A stretch of 63,418 bases of DNA. Origin: an uncultured Bacilli bacterium (GTDB lineage: Bacteria; Bacillota_I; Bacilli_A; RF39; UBA660). A model generated the notes under the pieces. The model saw only the letters and a program-made list of their open reading frames with translations, did not search any database and was not told the origin of the DNA. Below are positions 9,649 to 18,481 of this stretch, one piece after another; the stretch's first letter is position 1, and each line of letters opens with the position of its first letter. Where the stretch lies: positions 1 to 63,418 of the forward strand of contig CAKPHZ010000004.1 in the NCBI GenBank assembly GCA_934162265.1. The letters run 5' to 3'. A program made the translations under genes and the position numbers.

Positions 9649-10056
9649 TTATTTTTCTTCATTATTTAGTATAAAGTTTATTTTTTCATTTAATACAATA
9701 CTAAACTCTTCTTCATCATCCATTGTATTACAGTAAAAATCTATGAGATAAAACTCATTGTCTATCCGTTCTAAAAAACATTTATATGTTCCATAAATTA
9801 GAGAAATCCATCCTTTACTATCATTATATATAATATCTGTTACATACTTAGATATATCTTTTTTATCATTTATTTTTAATTCTTTAATCCACTTTTTATC
9901 ATACACTAGTTCTAATCCTAATTCAAAATCATCTAATATAAAAGTAATATATGGTGCTTTACCCGATCTTTTTTTACCATTTTGTTTTACTTGATAATCT
10001 CCAAAAGATACTTGATATGAAAGTTTACTATATATCTTGTTATTTAATTTAATCAT
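9649..10056 (-). CDS. hypothetical protein (135 aa), last gene of the six-gene operon
   Basis: ORF only; no motif recognised. There is a 19-nt gap to the upstream gene. Confidence 0.5.
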   Translation of the reverse strand: MIKLNNKIYSKLSYQVSFGDYQVKQNGKKRSGKAPYITFILDDFELGLELVYDKKWIKELKINDKKDISKYVTDIIYNDSKGWISLIYGTYKCFLERIDNEFYLIDFYCNTMDDEEEFSIVLNEKINFILNNEEK

Positions 10057-10075
10057 ATTGATTATATCTCCTTTA

Positions 10076-10366
10076 TTATTTTAAATTTTTCATGATTTTG
10101 TAATAATCTAAATTATTAAGTGAAATACTTGCTATTTTCTTTAAAAATTGATAATTATATGTATGATATAAGTCGTAATATATATTTGTTATTTCAATAA
10201 AATCTTTTTCAGTTAATTCTAATTTTATATTATTTTCTATACATTTATTTAATATTTCTAATATTTTTTTATTTATTTCTTTAGTTGAATGTACATTCAG
10301 TGTTTTTCCTTCAAAATGATTGGCTTTTTTTTCTATTTCTTTTAAAGTCATTTTAGTTTTCTCCAA
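10076..10366 (-). CDS. hypothetical small helical protein (96 aa)
   Basis: ORF only. There is an 8-nt gap to the upstream HExxH gene. Confidence 0.5.
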   Translation of the reverse strand: MEKTKMTLKEIEKKANHFEGKTLNVHSTKEINKKILEILNKCIENNIKLELTEKDFIEITNIYYDLYHTYNYQFLKKIASISLNNLDYYKIMKNLK

Positions 10367-10374
10367 TCTTTATT

Positions 10375-11529
10375 TTAAATTTGTTTTTTTCTACAATAGT
10401 TTTTGCTTACTTTATGTTTTTTTGAATAGCTACCAATTTCTTTACTTAACTCTAATAATACTTGATCTGGTAAATTAATGTTAGAAAAATCAGGTTTTTT
10501 ATCTTTAGGTAAGGTATTTTTAACAATGATCTTTAGGCTATTTAATCCTATATTATAATCTAGACAAATTTGTTTATATATTCCATATGAAATAATGCCA
10601 GATTCTAATTCAAGTAAGTTTCTTATTATATTCATATCTAAAATATCCATGACATCTTGTACTTTGTATTCTTTTATGAAATCTATTTCTTTTTTGTTGC
10701 AAATCTTTTCTCTAATTAATCCTCTTATTGATTTTGCAAGAGATTGTAAGTAATTATCTTTCATCATTCTTAATTTTTGTACTTCACCATATTTAACGCC
10801 AATACTTTCTAGATAATCTATAAATAAATAATCTATTGCATATGTTGGGATTTCATGAAATCCATAATATGTTTCATTTGGAATTTTTGGCTTAAAATAA
10901 AAATCAATACAATGCATTATTTCATGGTTAAAGGCTTGAAAATCAATAATTAGGTTATTTCTTTTTATGGTACAAAAAGCCTTTCCATTAATATAATCGC
11001 AAAATGTTATTCCAGCGGCATTACTATATAATCTTGAATATGTATTTGAAAAATTGATATTTTCTTTATCGTTAAAAGTTTTTAATGCCATTTGATAGAT
11101 ATCATTATCTTTTAAATTTTGATAAAATTGTTTTGATATATTTAATAATGTTGCATTACTTGATGGGAAAAAATCAAAATTAAAGTTTTCATTTGGCGTT
11201 ATTGCTGGTTCTGTATTAATAACATTTTCCACAATATCTAATAAAAATTCTAGATAAGTTTTATCCATATAATAATCAGTATTGGTAATTATTTTTTCAA
11301 AATTACCTGTATATTTAGCACTTGGTCTGTTTAAAGAAAATTTTCCTTTAGATAAAGTATCTAGAATATTATACATTTTAGTATTTTTGATAGTTCCACA
11401 GTTATCAATCATACTTATATATGAACCTAGAGTTATTTCTAATATTTCTTTTCTACTTTTATCAGTGCAAGTTTTAAGTTCATCTAATATTTGTTTTTTT
11501 TGGGTTTTTAGTTTTTGTATATTCCACAT
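10375..11529 (-). CDS. putative zinc metallopeptidase (single HExxH motif), family not recognised
   Basis: FQAFNHEIMHCIDFY contains HEIMH, in a 384-aa soluble protein. Confidence 0.5.
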   Translation of the reverse strand: MWNIQKLKTQKKQILDELKTCTDKSRKEILEITLGSYISMIDNCGTIKNTKMYNILDTLSKGKFSLNRPSAKYTGNFEKIITNTDYYMDKTYLEFLLDIVENVINTEPAITPNENFNFDFFPSSNATLLNISKQFYQNLKDNDIYQMALKTFNDKENINFSNTYSRLYSNAAGITFCDYINGKAFCTIKRNNLIIDFQAFNHEIMHCIDFYFKPKIPNETYYGFHEIPTYAIDYLFIDYLESIGVKYGEVQKLRMMKDNYLQSLAKSIRGLIREKICNKKEIDFIKEYKVQDVMDILDMNIIRNLLELESGIISYGIYKQICLDYNIGLNSLKIIVKNTLPKDKKPDFSNINLPDQVLLELSKEIGSYSKKHKVSKNYCRKKQI

Positions 11530-11556
11530 ATAAATTTCTCCATTTTGTATGATATT

Positions 11557-12003
11557 TTATTTTTTATTAATAACTTTGTAATATTTTTTGTATTCTTGAT
11601 ATTTAACTTTGATAATATCTATGGGAACTAATTGATGATAGCATTTATACTGATAAGTATTATTGTCTTTTATCATTGAATTATCTTTTTTAAATACATA
11701 AATATATCCAATTATATCATCAAATACATTTACATTTTCCATTATCATTAATGGGTAGGTATTATTATTAGATATTTCAAAATTCCAATCTAGTTCCGAA
11801 CTTAATTTTTTTATTGTATCTTTGAAAGCATATGGTGTAGATTTTAAAAAGCTAGGAAATAAAAAAATAGCTGTAGCAATATTATTTTTATTGTGATTTG
11901 AATCATTAGTTAATTTTGGTTCTAAGATACTTAATTTTTTTGGACTACCATGAAATAAATATTTAGGGTTATTTATATCTTGATTTAAATATTCTTCTAT
12001 CAT
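11557..12003 (-). CDS. hypothetical protein (148 aa) with an N-terminal YLFHGSP motif
   Basis: ORF only. The H-G-S start is reminiscent of the H-Y-E ADP-ribosyltransferase-like/DUF3990-like folds, but I cannot support that from sequence alone. Confidence 0.45.
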   Translation of the reverse strand: MIEEYLNQDINNPKYLFHGSPKKLSILEPKLTNDSNHNKNNIATAIFLFPSFLKSTPYAFKDTIKKLSSELDWNFEISNNNTYPLMIMENVNVFDDIIGYIYVFKKDNSMIKDNNTYQYKCYHQLVPIDIIKVKYQEYKKYYKVINKK

Positions 12004-12004
12004 T

Positions 12005-13228
12005 TTATTTCCTTTTACTGTTAAAATTTTTTTCTTGATTATTTTTGTATGGTATAATTTCTTTGGTAATATCTATTGAATTTTTACTAAATATATTTTT
12101 TAAATATCCTTGGTTATTAACTCCTTTTTCTGGTGGAAGAAATTCATATATTCTAATCCAACTTATTACTTCATCATTCATTGGCAATCCTAAACTTTTA
12201 TTGTATTCTATATGAGTTTTCATTTGTGCTAAAATAGCTTCTTCTTCGTTTTTGAATTCATGTATTCCTTTATTTTGGTTATCAGCATGTTCAAACCAAT
12301 ACCATTTATCATTGTTCTTATTCTTGTAAATTAAATATGTATGACATCCGTATGGATATTTGGTATTATGTTCAAAAAAGATAAATATTGTTTTTATTTT
12401 ATAATTATTTTGTTTAAACCAAGTTCTTTCTAATTCTGTTTGATCCCAACAATGACCAATACCTATTGTTGCTATTTCTCTTCCCTCTCTAAATTGCCAA
12501 TCATGATTACATACTTTTTGAAAATCATCTAAATTCCAATCATAATATTTTCCTGTTTTATCCAAAACACCATACTTGATATTTTTTTCCATAAATTCAA
12601 ATAATTCTTCTGGAGTTTTTACTGTTTCAAATAAAGTTTTCCTTTTATACATTTCTTTTGTTAAATAGTACTGATAATTTTCAACTGTTTCATCTAAATA
12701 TGTATATTCTACTAATTTGGTTTCATTTTTTCTTATGAAGCCACATTTTTCCATAAGCATCCATGAGGATGGATTTTTTACTGCTGCTGATGTTTTTATC
12801 TCTTTAATTTCACATTCGTTAAACATATAATCAATCATCTTTTTTGCTGCTTCTGTAGCATATCCCATTCCTTGATATTTTGGATCAATAAACCATCCGA
12901 CACCTCTAATACTGGGGTCATTTATTTGATTATCCTCATCATGGGCTTCATGGCAAGTTATTCTTCCTATACATTGATTAGTATCTTTTAAATAGATGCT
13001 CCATTTAAAAGTATCTTTATCATTTGCATGTTTCATTTCTTCAATGTAGTATTGTTCCTGTGTTTCCCATATTTTTAATTTTTCTCTAAATTTTCTAGGA
13101 ACAGTTAAATAATACTTATTGATTTCAGGATGCATCAAAAGTTGCCATAAGTAGTATTGTTCTTTCATTGTTTGAGGTCTTAATTCTAATCTTTTTGTTC
13201 TCAGTAATTTACTTCCTAAATATTTCAT
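12005..13228 (-). CDS. GNAT N-acetyltransferase fused to a C-terminal Cys/His/acidic papain- or transglutaminase-like module
   Basis: N-terminal half: RLELRPQT... and GNAT motif A KYQGMGYATEAAKKMIDYMF. C-terminal half: GIGHCWDQTELERTWF ... GCHTYLIY ... WYWFEHAD (ordered C, H, E/D). Confidence 0.65.
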   Translation of the reverse strand: MKYLGSKLLRTKRLELRPQTMKEQYYLWQLLMHPEINKYYLTVPRKFREKLKIWETQEQYYIEEMKHANDKDTFKWSIYLKDTNQCIGRITCHEAHDEDNQINDPSIRGVGWFIDPKYQGMGYATEAAKKMIDYMFNECEIKEIKTSAAVKNPSSWMLMEKCGFIRKNETKLVEYTYLDETVENYQYYLTKEMYKRKTLFETVKTPEELFEFMEKNIKYGVLDKTGKYYDWNLDDFQKVCNHDWQFREGREIATIGIGHCWDQTELERTWFKQNNYKIKTIFIFFEHNTKYPYGCHTYLIYKNKNNDKWYWFEHADNQNKGIHEFKNEEEAILAQMKTHIEYNKSLGLPMNDEVISWIRIYEFLPPEKGVNNQGYLKNIFSKNSIDITKEIIPYKNNQEKNFNSKRK

Positions 13229-13249
13229 TTTCTCATTCCTTTCTGATTA

Positions 13250-13792
13250 TTAATCTAATGTTTTTTTTACTTTAACAAACTCTATTTGTTTATTAAACTT
13301 TGTACAATAAAACCTATCAACTATTTTAAATCCTATAGATAAAAAAGCTTGATAAGTAGTTGTTCTAGTGATTTCAAATTCATCATATAATTCTTTTATC
13401 TTTTTTTCTTTTGCTTTATTAAATAACAAGTTCATACTTTCTTTAAAATAACCTTTTCCTCTATACTTTGATTGAATTACTATTCCCATGTTATAAATAT
13501 CCTTTTCTAAATAATAATATATTTCACCTATAGGTTCTTTACCATTATTTTCATATATGTAAGCAAAGTATTTGTCTTTAGGTTCTTTAATCCATTTTAT
13601 ATACCAACTTATCATTTCTTCTTTGGTCTTAGTAATAGTACCGGTTTTCTTATTGTAACCTTTTAAATTGATATCATACCCAGCATTATATGACATTGTT
13701 TCTGCGTCCATCATCCATTTTTGACGATAATATAATTCATTGATTGTTGGCTGTTCTAGGTATAGTTTTGGCCGATTTAAATCTTTCTTCAT
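13250..13792 (-). CDS. GNAT-family N-acetyltransferase
   Basis: Motif A IQSKYRGKGYFKESMNLLF, 180 aa. It is the first gene of the operon, with a 112-nt untranslated gap upstream. Confidence 0.7.
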   Translation of the reverse strand: MKKDLNRPKLYLEQPTINELYYRQKWMMDAETMSYNAGYDINLKGYNKKTGTITKTKEEMISWYIKWIKEPKDKYFAYIYENNGKEPIGEIYYYLEKDIYNMGIVIQSKYRGKGYFKESMNLLFNKAKEKKIKELYDEFEITRTTTYQAFLSIGFKIVDRFYCTKFNKQIEFVKVKKTLD

Positions 13793-13904
13793 TTTTTACT
13801 CCTTTTGAAAAATTTTTATATTATTTTTTTTTGATTAACTTCTTTTACTATTTCTATTACTTTGATTTTTCCATTTACTAATACTTCAATAATTGGTTCT
13901 TTTC

Positions 13905-14378
13905 CTAATTGATTTTTTTACTGCTCCAATATCTTTTAGCTAATTTTAAATTGTTTTCTTGATTGATTGTTCCTTCAAAGCAATTCCAAGAGTCTCCAAT
14001 ATATATTTGTCCATCTACTTCAACTTTTACAATTGCATATGTTGGTCTTTTTAAATCAATGAATATTTTGTACCATTTTTCTGCTTCTTCTAAAGTTTGA
14101 GAAACATATAATGATGCAAGGCTTGATGGGTATTTTGGATAATTTTTCTTTCTTACTTCTTCCAAAGCTAATTCTCTTAATGCTACTTTGAGATGATGAT
14201 CGAGGTTAATATTTTTGTATTGATTAGGATTTTGGTAAATATCATTTACTTTGTCTTTTAATTTATGTACTCTATTATATACATTGTTATGATGTGTATC
14301 ATCAAATATTAGTTCTTGCCCTAATTCTAATGTTTTTTCAGTAACAACATGGTAAAAAATTTGTTTCATTGTATTCAC
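13905..14378 (-). CDS. hypothetical protein (157 aa)
   Basis: ORF only; no family assigned. Confidence 0.45.
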   Translation of the reverse strand: MNTMKQIFYHVVTEKTLELGQELIFDDTHHNNVYNRVHKLKDKVNDIYQNPNQYKNINLDHHLKVALRELALEEVRKKNYPKYPSSLASLYVSQTLEEAEKWYKIFIDLKRPTYAIVKVEVDGQIYIGDSWNCFEGTINQENNLKLAKRYWSSKKIN

Positions 14379-14427
14379 CTTTTAATTTGATAGTATTCTT
14401 ATTTATATTATATAAAGTTTATTTTTC

Positions 14428-14973
14428 CTACCAATTTCTATCTTTATTAAATTGTAATTTTTTTTGCCTTATTAATTTTTTGGCATTTTCATCTTCTTTT
14501 TTATCAATATAATATAGGGAAGTATATTTTTCTTCAAATAATTTCATTTGATCTCTGTTATATGGTTCAAAATATAGGAATTCTATGATATTATCACTAT
14601 TAATAAATCTTCTTGGTAAGCGATATTCTATTCTATAGTCTATATAGTTTCCTACACCAATGTATTGATTTAAAATATTTTCATCAATGTTACATACCAT
14701 AATATAATTTTCTTCATCAGTGTTATGGCAAAATTCTAAGACTGCTTGTAAATATTTAGCTAAAAAAATATATTGTTGGTAAAAGCAGTTTTCAGATATA
14801 TATCTTTTAAAAATATGAAGAGGAGCATCATACAATTCTTTTGGTACATAATCAAAAGTATTTTCTCCTCCAGCACGAGCTTCTTTATATGGTATTTTTT
14901 CATAAATAATTGGCTCATTATTTTTTAATTTTTCTACTTGTTCTTTAGTAAATCCCCCGTGAAATACTATCAT
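14428..14973 (-). CDS. hypothetical protein (about 181 aa)
   Basis: ACGGAGAA precedes ATG 14973 (MIVFHGG...). The longer start at 15033 has no SD. Confidence 0.45.
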   Translation of the reverse strand: MIVFHGGFTKEQVEKLKNNEPIIYEKIPYKEARAGGENTFDYVPKELYDAPLHIFKRYISENCFYQQYIFLAKYLQAVLEFCHNTDEENYIMVCNIDENILNQYIGVGNYIDYRIEYRLPRRFINSDNIIEFLYFEPYNRDQMKLFEEKYTSLYYIDKKEDENAKKLIRQKKLQFNKDRNW

Positions 14974-15067
14974 CTTTATTCTCCGTTCTTTAATGTTGAT
15001 TTTATGATAAAAAAGACTACTAATAAAATACAATGACTATGTACTATTTTTAGTAGTCTCAACAAAT

Positions 15068-15742
15068 CTATTTTATTTTTCTTTTTCGTTTCATGTCATA
15101 AATCATATTATCAAATTCTGCTATACTTTGAATTTCATATCTCATTTCTTGTAATCCTTCTTTAAAAGAACTATCACCAAGTTGTTTTACTTTTTCTAAA
15201 GATTTAATAAGTTCCTCTCGATGAGGTAAAGTTTCTTCAATATATATTGTTTTAAGTTTATCATTCACTACAAGTGTGTTGTTTTCTACTTGTGATATAA
15301 CCAAATTTTCTTTTGAATATTTTTTTATCTTGTCTTGAAAATCTTTTAATGAGTCAACTTGGCAAAAATTTAAATTATATTCTTTAGGTACCACCCAAAA
15401 TATTTTACCTGATAATAATTCTTGTATACGATTATCGTTTAATTTTTGAAATATTAATGGTTTGAATCCATCCTCTTCTAGTAAGAAATCTTTAGTACTC
15501 AATACATTTATGTTTCTTCCACATATTACATTTATAAAGTTACCATGTGTATTATAATTGTATTCAGGCGTTAAAGAATATATATTGATTTGATTGGGCA
15601 TTAATCCAAATAACATTCCCTCTTCAAGTTCACAAATATCTGATATATCATATTTCAATAAAAAATCTTGGTATTCTTTATTAATATCAAAGCATATATT
15701 AACTTCTTCCATTATATATGTTTTATCTTTTTTTTCAGCCAT
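15068..15742 (-). CDS. hypothetical protein (about 224 aa)
   Basis: GGAGG lies 7 nt upstream of ATG 15742 (MAEKKDK...). No motif recognised. Confidence 0.45.
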   Translation of the reverse strand: MAEKKDKTYIMEEVNICFDINKEYQDFLLKYDISDICELEEGMLFGLMPNQINIYSLTPEYNYNTHGNFINVICGRNINVLSTKDFLLEEDGFKPLIFQKLNDNRIQELLSGKIFWVVPKEYNLNFCQVDSLKDFQDKIKKYSKENLVISQVENNTLVVNDKLKTIYIEETLPHREELIKSLEKVKQLGDSSFKEGLQEMRYEIQSIAEFDNMIYDMKRKRKIK

Positions 15743-15897
15743 AACAAACCTCCAATTCACTTGTAGTATAATACTGAGAGTGAGAAAAATCAAGTATTTT
15801 TTACAAAAAGTTAATTTTTGTTTCTTTTTTAAATTAAAATTTAATGGATATTGGTCTTGATCAGTATTTTAATTCAAAAAAAAGCAAACCACTAAGT

Positions 15898-16542
15898 TTA
15901 CTTTACTTTCTTTAATTCATATACTTCATCTACCATTTCACAGACTTCTTTGGAGTGTGTTACAATAATGATGCATTTGTTTTCTTCATGAGCTAGTTTT
16001 TTTAAGATATCTAATATTTCTTTTTCGGTTTCTTTATCTAAGTTGCCTGTTGGTTCATCGGCGATAATCATTTTTGGATAGTAAGATAAGCTTCTGGCGA
16101 TAGCTACTCTTTGTTGTTCTCCTCCTGATAGTTTTAATATTTTTCTTGTTGCGTAACTTTCTTTTAGTCCTACTTGTTTCATTAATTCTAGGGCTCTTTT
16201 CTTTTTATTTTCTATTTTTATGCCACTGATATCCATAGAAAGAATAATGTTTTCTATTGTACTCATAAAGGGAAGTAGATTATAACTTTGGAAAACTATA
16301 CCAATTTCATGATTTCTATAGGTATCTAAATTCATCTGGTTTAAATCTTTATGATTAAAAATAATTCGGCCTTCACTACATCTTTCTAATCCACTGATTA
16401 GTGATAAAAGTGTTGTTTTTCCTGATCCACTTCTTCCTTTTATTGCATAAATTTTTCCCTGCTCAACTTCATAGTTGATATTTTTTATGGAAAATACTTC
16501 ATTAGAATTAAACTTTAAAAATATTTTTTGGTTTGAAATCAA
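15898..16542 (-). CDS. ABC transporter ATP-binding protein (MacB/BceA/FtsE-like), orphan: no permease gene nearby
   Basis: Walker A GRSGSGKTT, signature LSGGEQQRVAIARS, Walker B IIADEPTGNLD, H-loop VTHS. It has a TTG start with no obvious SD. Confidence 0.8.
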   Translation of the reverse strand: MISNQKIFLKFNSNEVFSIKNINYEVEQGKIYAIKGRSGSGKTTLLSLISGLERCSEGRIIFNHKDLNQMNLDTYRNHEIGIVFQSYNLLPFMSTIENIILSMDISGIKIENKKKRALELMKQVGLKESYATRKILKLSGGEQQRVAIARSLSYYPKMIIADEPTGNLDKETEKEILDILKKLAHEENKCIIIVTHSKEVCEMVDEVYELKKVK

Positions 16543-16618
16543 TAAAATTTCTAGGGTATATAAATATAAAATAATATGTTATAATTTAATTAATCAATGG
16601 AAAGAGAGTTGGTAAAAA

Positions 16619-17407
16619 ATGAGAAAGATTTTTCTAAAACATTATAATGTTTGTATTTATTGTTATTATGGTTTTATATTGTTAGTTTTAGATCAATTTG
16701 TTACTTATAATTTGACTGATATTTTTCTTTTTATTCCTTTTTTTCTTTCAAATATTTTTCTAACAATTTGGATTAATTATCCTATTATTAATTATAATAA
16801 ACTTTTTTGTAAAACATTGAATTCTGCTCCTTTGTTAGATCAACTTTCTTTTGAACTTAAAAATTGTAGTAATTTAAAAAGAAAAGAAAGTTTAAAATAT
16901 ATATTTTATTCAAAAAAGTGTGTTTTAGATTTAAATGAGGATTATTTAAAAAAATTAGAATTGATTAATATAAATTTACTCGATAAAAATACTATATTAA
17001 ATTTAAATATTGACTTAGTTTATTTTTATCTTTTAAATAATAATTTGGATTTAGCAAATAAAAGGTTAATTAATATTAATATGGTGGATAGGACTACTAA
17101 AAAGTTAGATTTTATAAAAAAAGTTTATGCTTTATATAGTGATGATTTAGATAACATTGAATCCTGGCTATTGAATGAATTAAAAAGTCAAAATAAAGAC
17201 AATATTCTTCATTGTGCAAATTTGAATTTTTTATTAGGAATTTATTATTATAAAGTAAATGATAGAAAAAAAGCATTAAGTTATTTTCAATTTGTAATAA
17301 ATAATGCAAAGAATATTTATATCTATAAATTATCTATTAATTATAAAGAAAAAATCAAATCAAATATTAACAAAAAAAGTAATCAATCAATTAAAGGAGA
17401 TTGCTAA
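16619..17407 (+). CDS. hypothetical protein with an N-terminal membrane segment and a helical-repeat (TPR-like) C-terminal part
   Basis: 262-aa ORF, extremely AT-rich. It lies opposite in orientation between the ABC ATPase gene and the kinase remnant. Whether it is really coding is uncertain. Confidence 0.35.
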   Translation: MRKIFLKHYNVCIYCYYGFILLVLDQFVTYNLTDIFLFIPFFLSNIFLTIWINYPIINYNKLFCKTLNSAPLLDQLSFELKNCSNLKRKESLKYIFYSKKCVLDLNEDYLKKLELININLLDKNTILNLNIDLVYFYLLNNNLDLANKRLININMVDRTTKKLDFIKKVYALYSDDLDNIESWLLNELKSQNKDNILHCANLNFLLGIYYYKVNDRKKALSYFQFVINNAKNIYIYKLSINYKEKIKSNINKKSNQSIKGDC

Positions 17408-17497
17408 GATTGCTAATGTTTCTGTTGATGAAATAAAGAAGATAGGAAAATCAAATGATGACTAATCCTATCTCTTTTTATTTGGAATTTTTCCATA

Positions 17498-18138
17498 TTA
17501 CTTTAAAAGTTGTATATCCTTCTTTAGAGGCGCAGAAATTTCTCCTTTATGGTTTATCACAATATTTTTAGCTATTGCAAGACCTAATCCATAGTGGTTA
17601 TGATTTCCATTTCTTGATTTATCAGAACGATAAAATCTTTCAAAAATATTTTTTTCTTCGCCTTTTTTATTGGTAATCCTTTATTCTTTACTTCAAGGAT
17701 AATTGTCTTATTATTTTTTTCTAATAGTACTATAATTTCTCCTTCTTTTTTGCTGTGTTCTACAGCATTGTCTAGTAGAATATGAATTAATTTTTCTATC
17801 TGTTCTTTTATCATAAGTAAATAAATATCTTTTTCGATAGTAGTGGTTAATTTAATTTTTTTATCAAACATCATACTTTCAAAGGTTAAAATATTTTTCT
17901 CTAGAATAGTGGATAAATTTTCCTTGGTATAGACTTCTTTGGTAATTTTATCTGTTTTTGCGAGTTCTAGCATCTCTAAGACTAGCTTTGTCATTCGATT
18001 TGCTTCTTCTTGAATATTTTTTACCCATCTATCTTCTTTTTTGATGAAATAAGCATCTGTACTTGCTAAAATTACGGAAAGTGGTGTCTTTAATTCATGT
18101 GAGGCATCTTCAATAATTAATATTTTCATCTTTATCAC
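17498..18138 (-). pseudogene. histidine kinase remnant: 5'-truncated and frameshifted
   Basis: It begins at the H-box (IIEDASHELKTPLS) with no TM/HAMP region. The N-box LLDNAVEHS is present. After VKNKG the frame breaks in an A7/T7 run (17649..17655). The +1 frame continues NIFERFYRSDKSRNGNHNHYGLGLAIAKNIVINHKGEISAPLKKDIQLLK-stop (G1/G2 boxes). Confidence 0.75.
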
Positions 18139-18325
18139 CTTTTTAATATAAATCAGTATTCTTAAATTAATCTTAAAAGAATAATTGATAAAATTATAAC
18201 AAAAAAGAGATTTTTTTCATCTTTTGAAAATACTTATAGAGATTTGTTTTTAATATTATTTTATTTGTGGTATTTTTTCTTTTATTTTTAATACTATTAA
18301 TTATGGTAAAGGAGATAAGTAATTA

Positions 18326-18481
18326 ATGTCTAAAAAAGATATTTGTTATATTTATTCAGAAGAGTTTATTTTTTCTTCAAATAATTTATCTGAAGAAAAA
18401 ATAAGAGAATTATTTAATCAAAAGATGTATTCTATAATTTTGAAAATAGAGGATTATAATGCTTTAGAGGATGATGAGTAA
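18326..18481 (+). CDS. small acidic-tailed protein (51 aa) translationally coupled to the recombinase gene
   Basis: AAAGGAGATAAG SD lies 6 nt upstream of ATG 18326. It encodes MSKKDICYIYSEEFIFSSNNLSEEKIRELFNQKMYSIILKIEDYNALEDDE, and its stop at 18479..18481 overlaps the recombinase start region (18471). It is below the size cutoff of the ORF track. Confidence 0.35.
   Translation: MSKKDICYIYSEEFIFSSNNLSEEKIRELFNQKMYSIILKIEDYNALEDDE

Noticed and set aside
13800-13905. Start-less 35-codon frame (…LGKEPIIEVLVNGKIKVIEIVKEVNQKKNNIKIFQKE) in the gap upstream of the six-gene operon
   Set aside because: It has no initiator codon or SD and is too short to assign. It could be a remnant, but that cannot be supported.
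17399-17463. Tandem 9-bp duplication GATTGCTAA x2 (17399..17416) and a downstream alternative-frame tail …QLKEIAKIANVSVDEIKKIGKSNDD that looks like the end of an HTH protein
   Set aside because: The duplication does not change the stop of ORF 16619..17407. The HTH-like frame is only about 25 codons long and has an upstream stop. That is too little to call a gene or a remnant.
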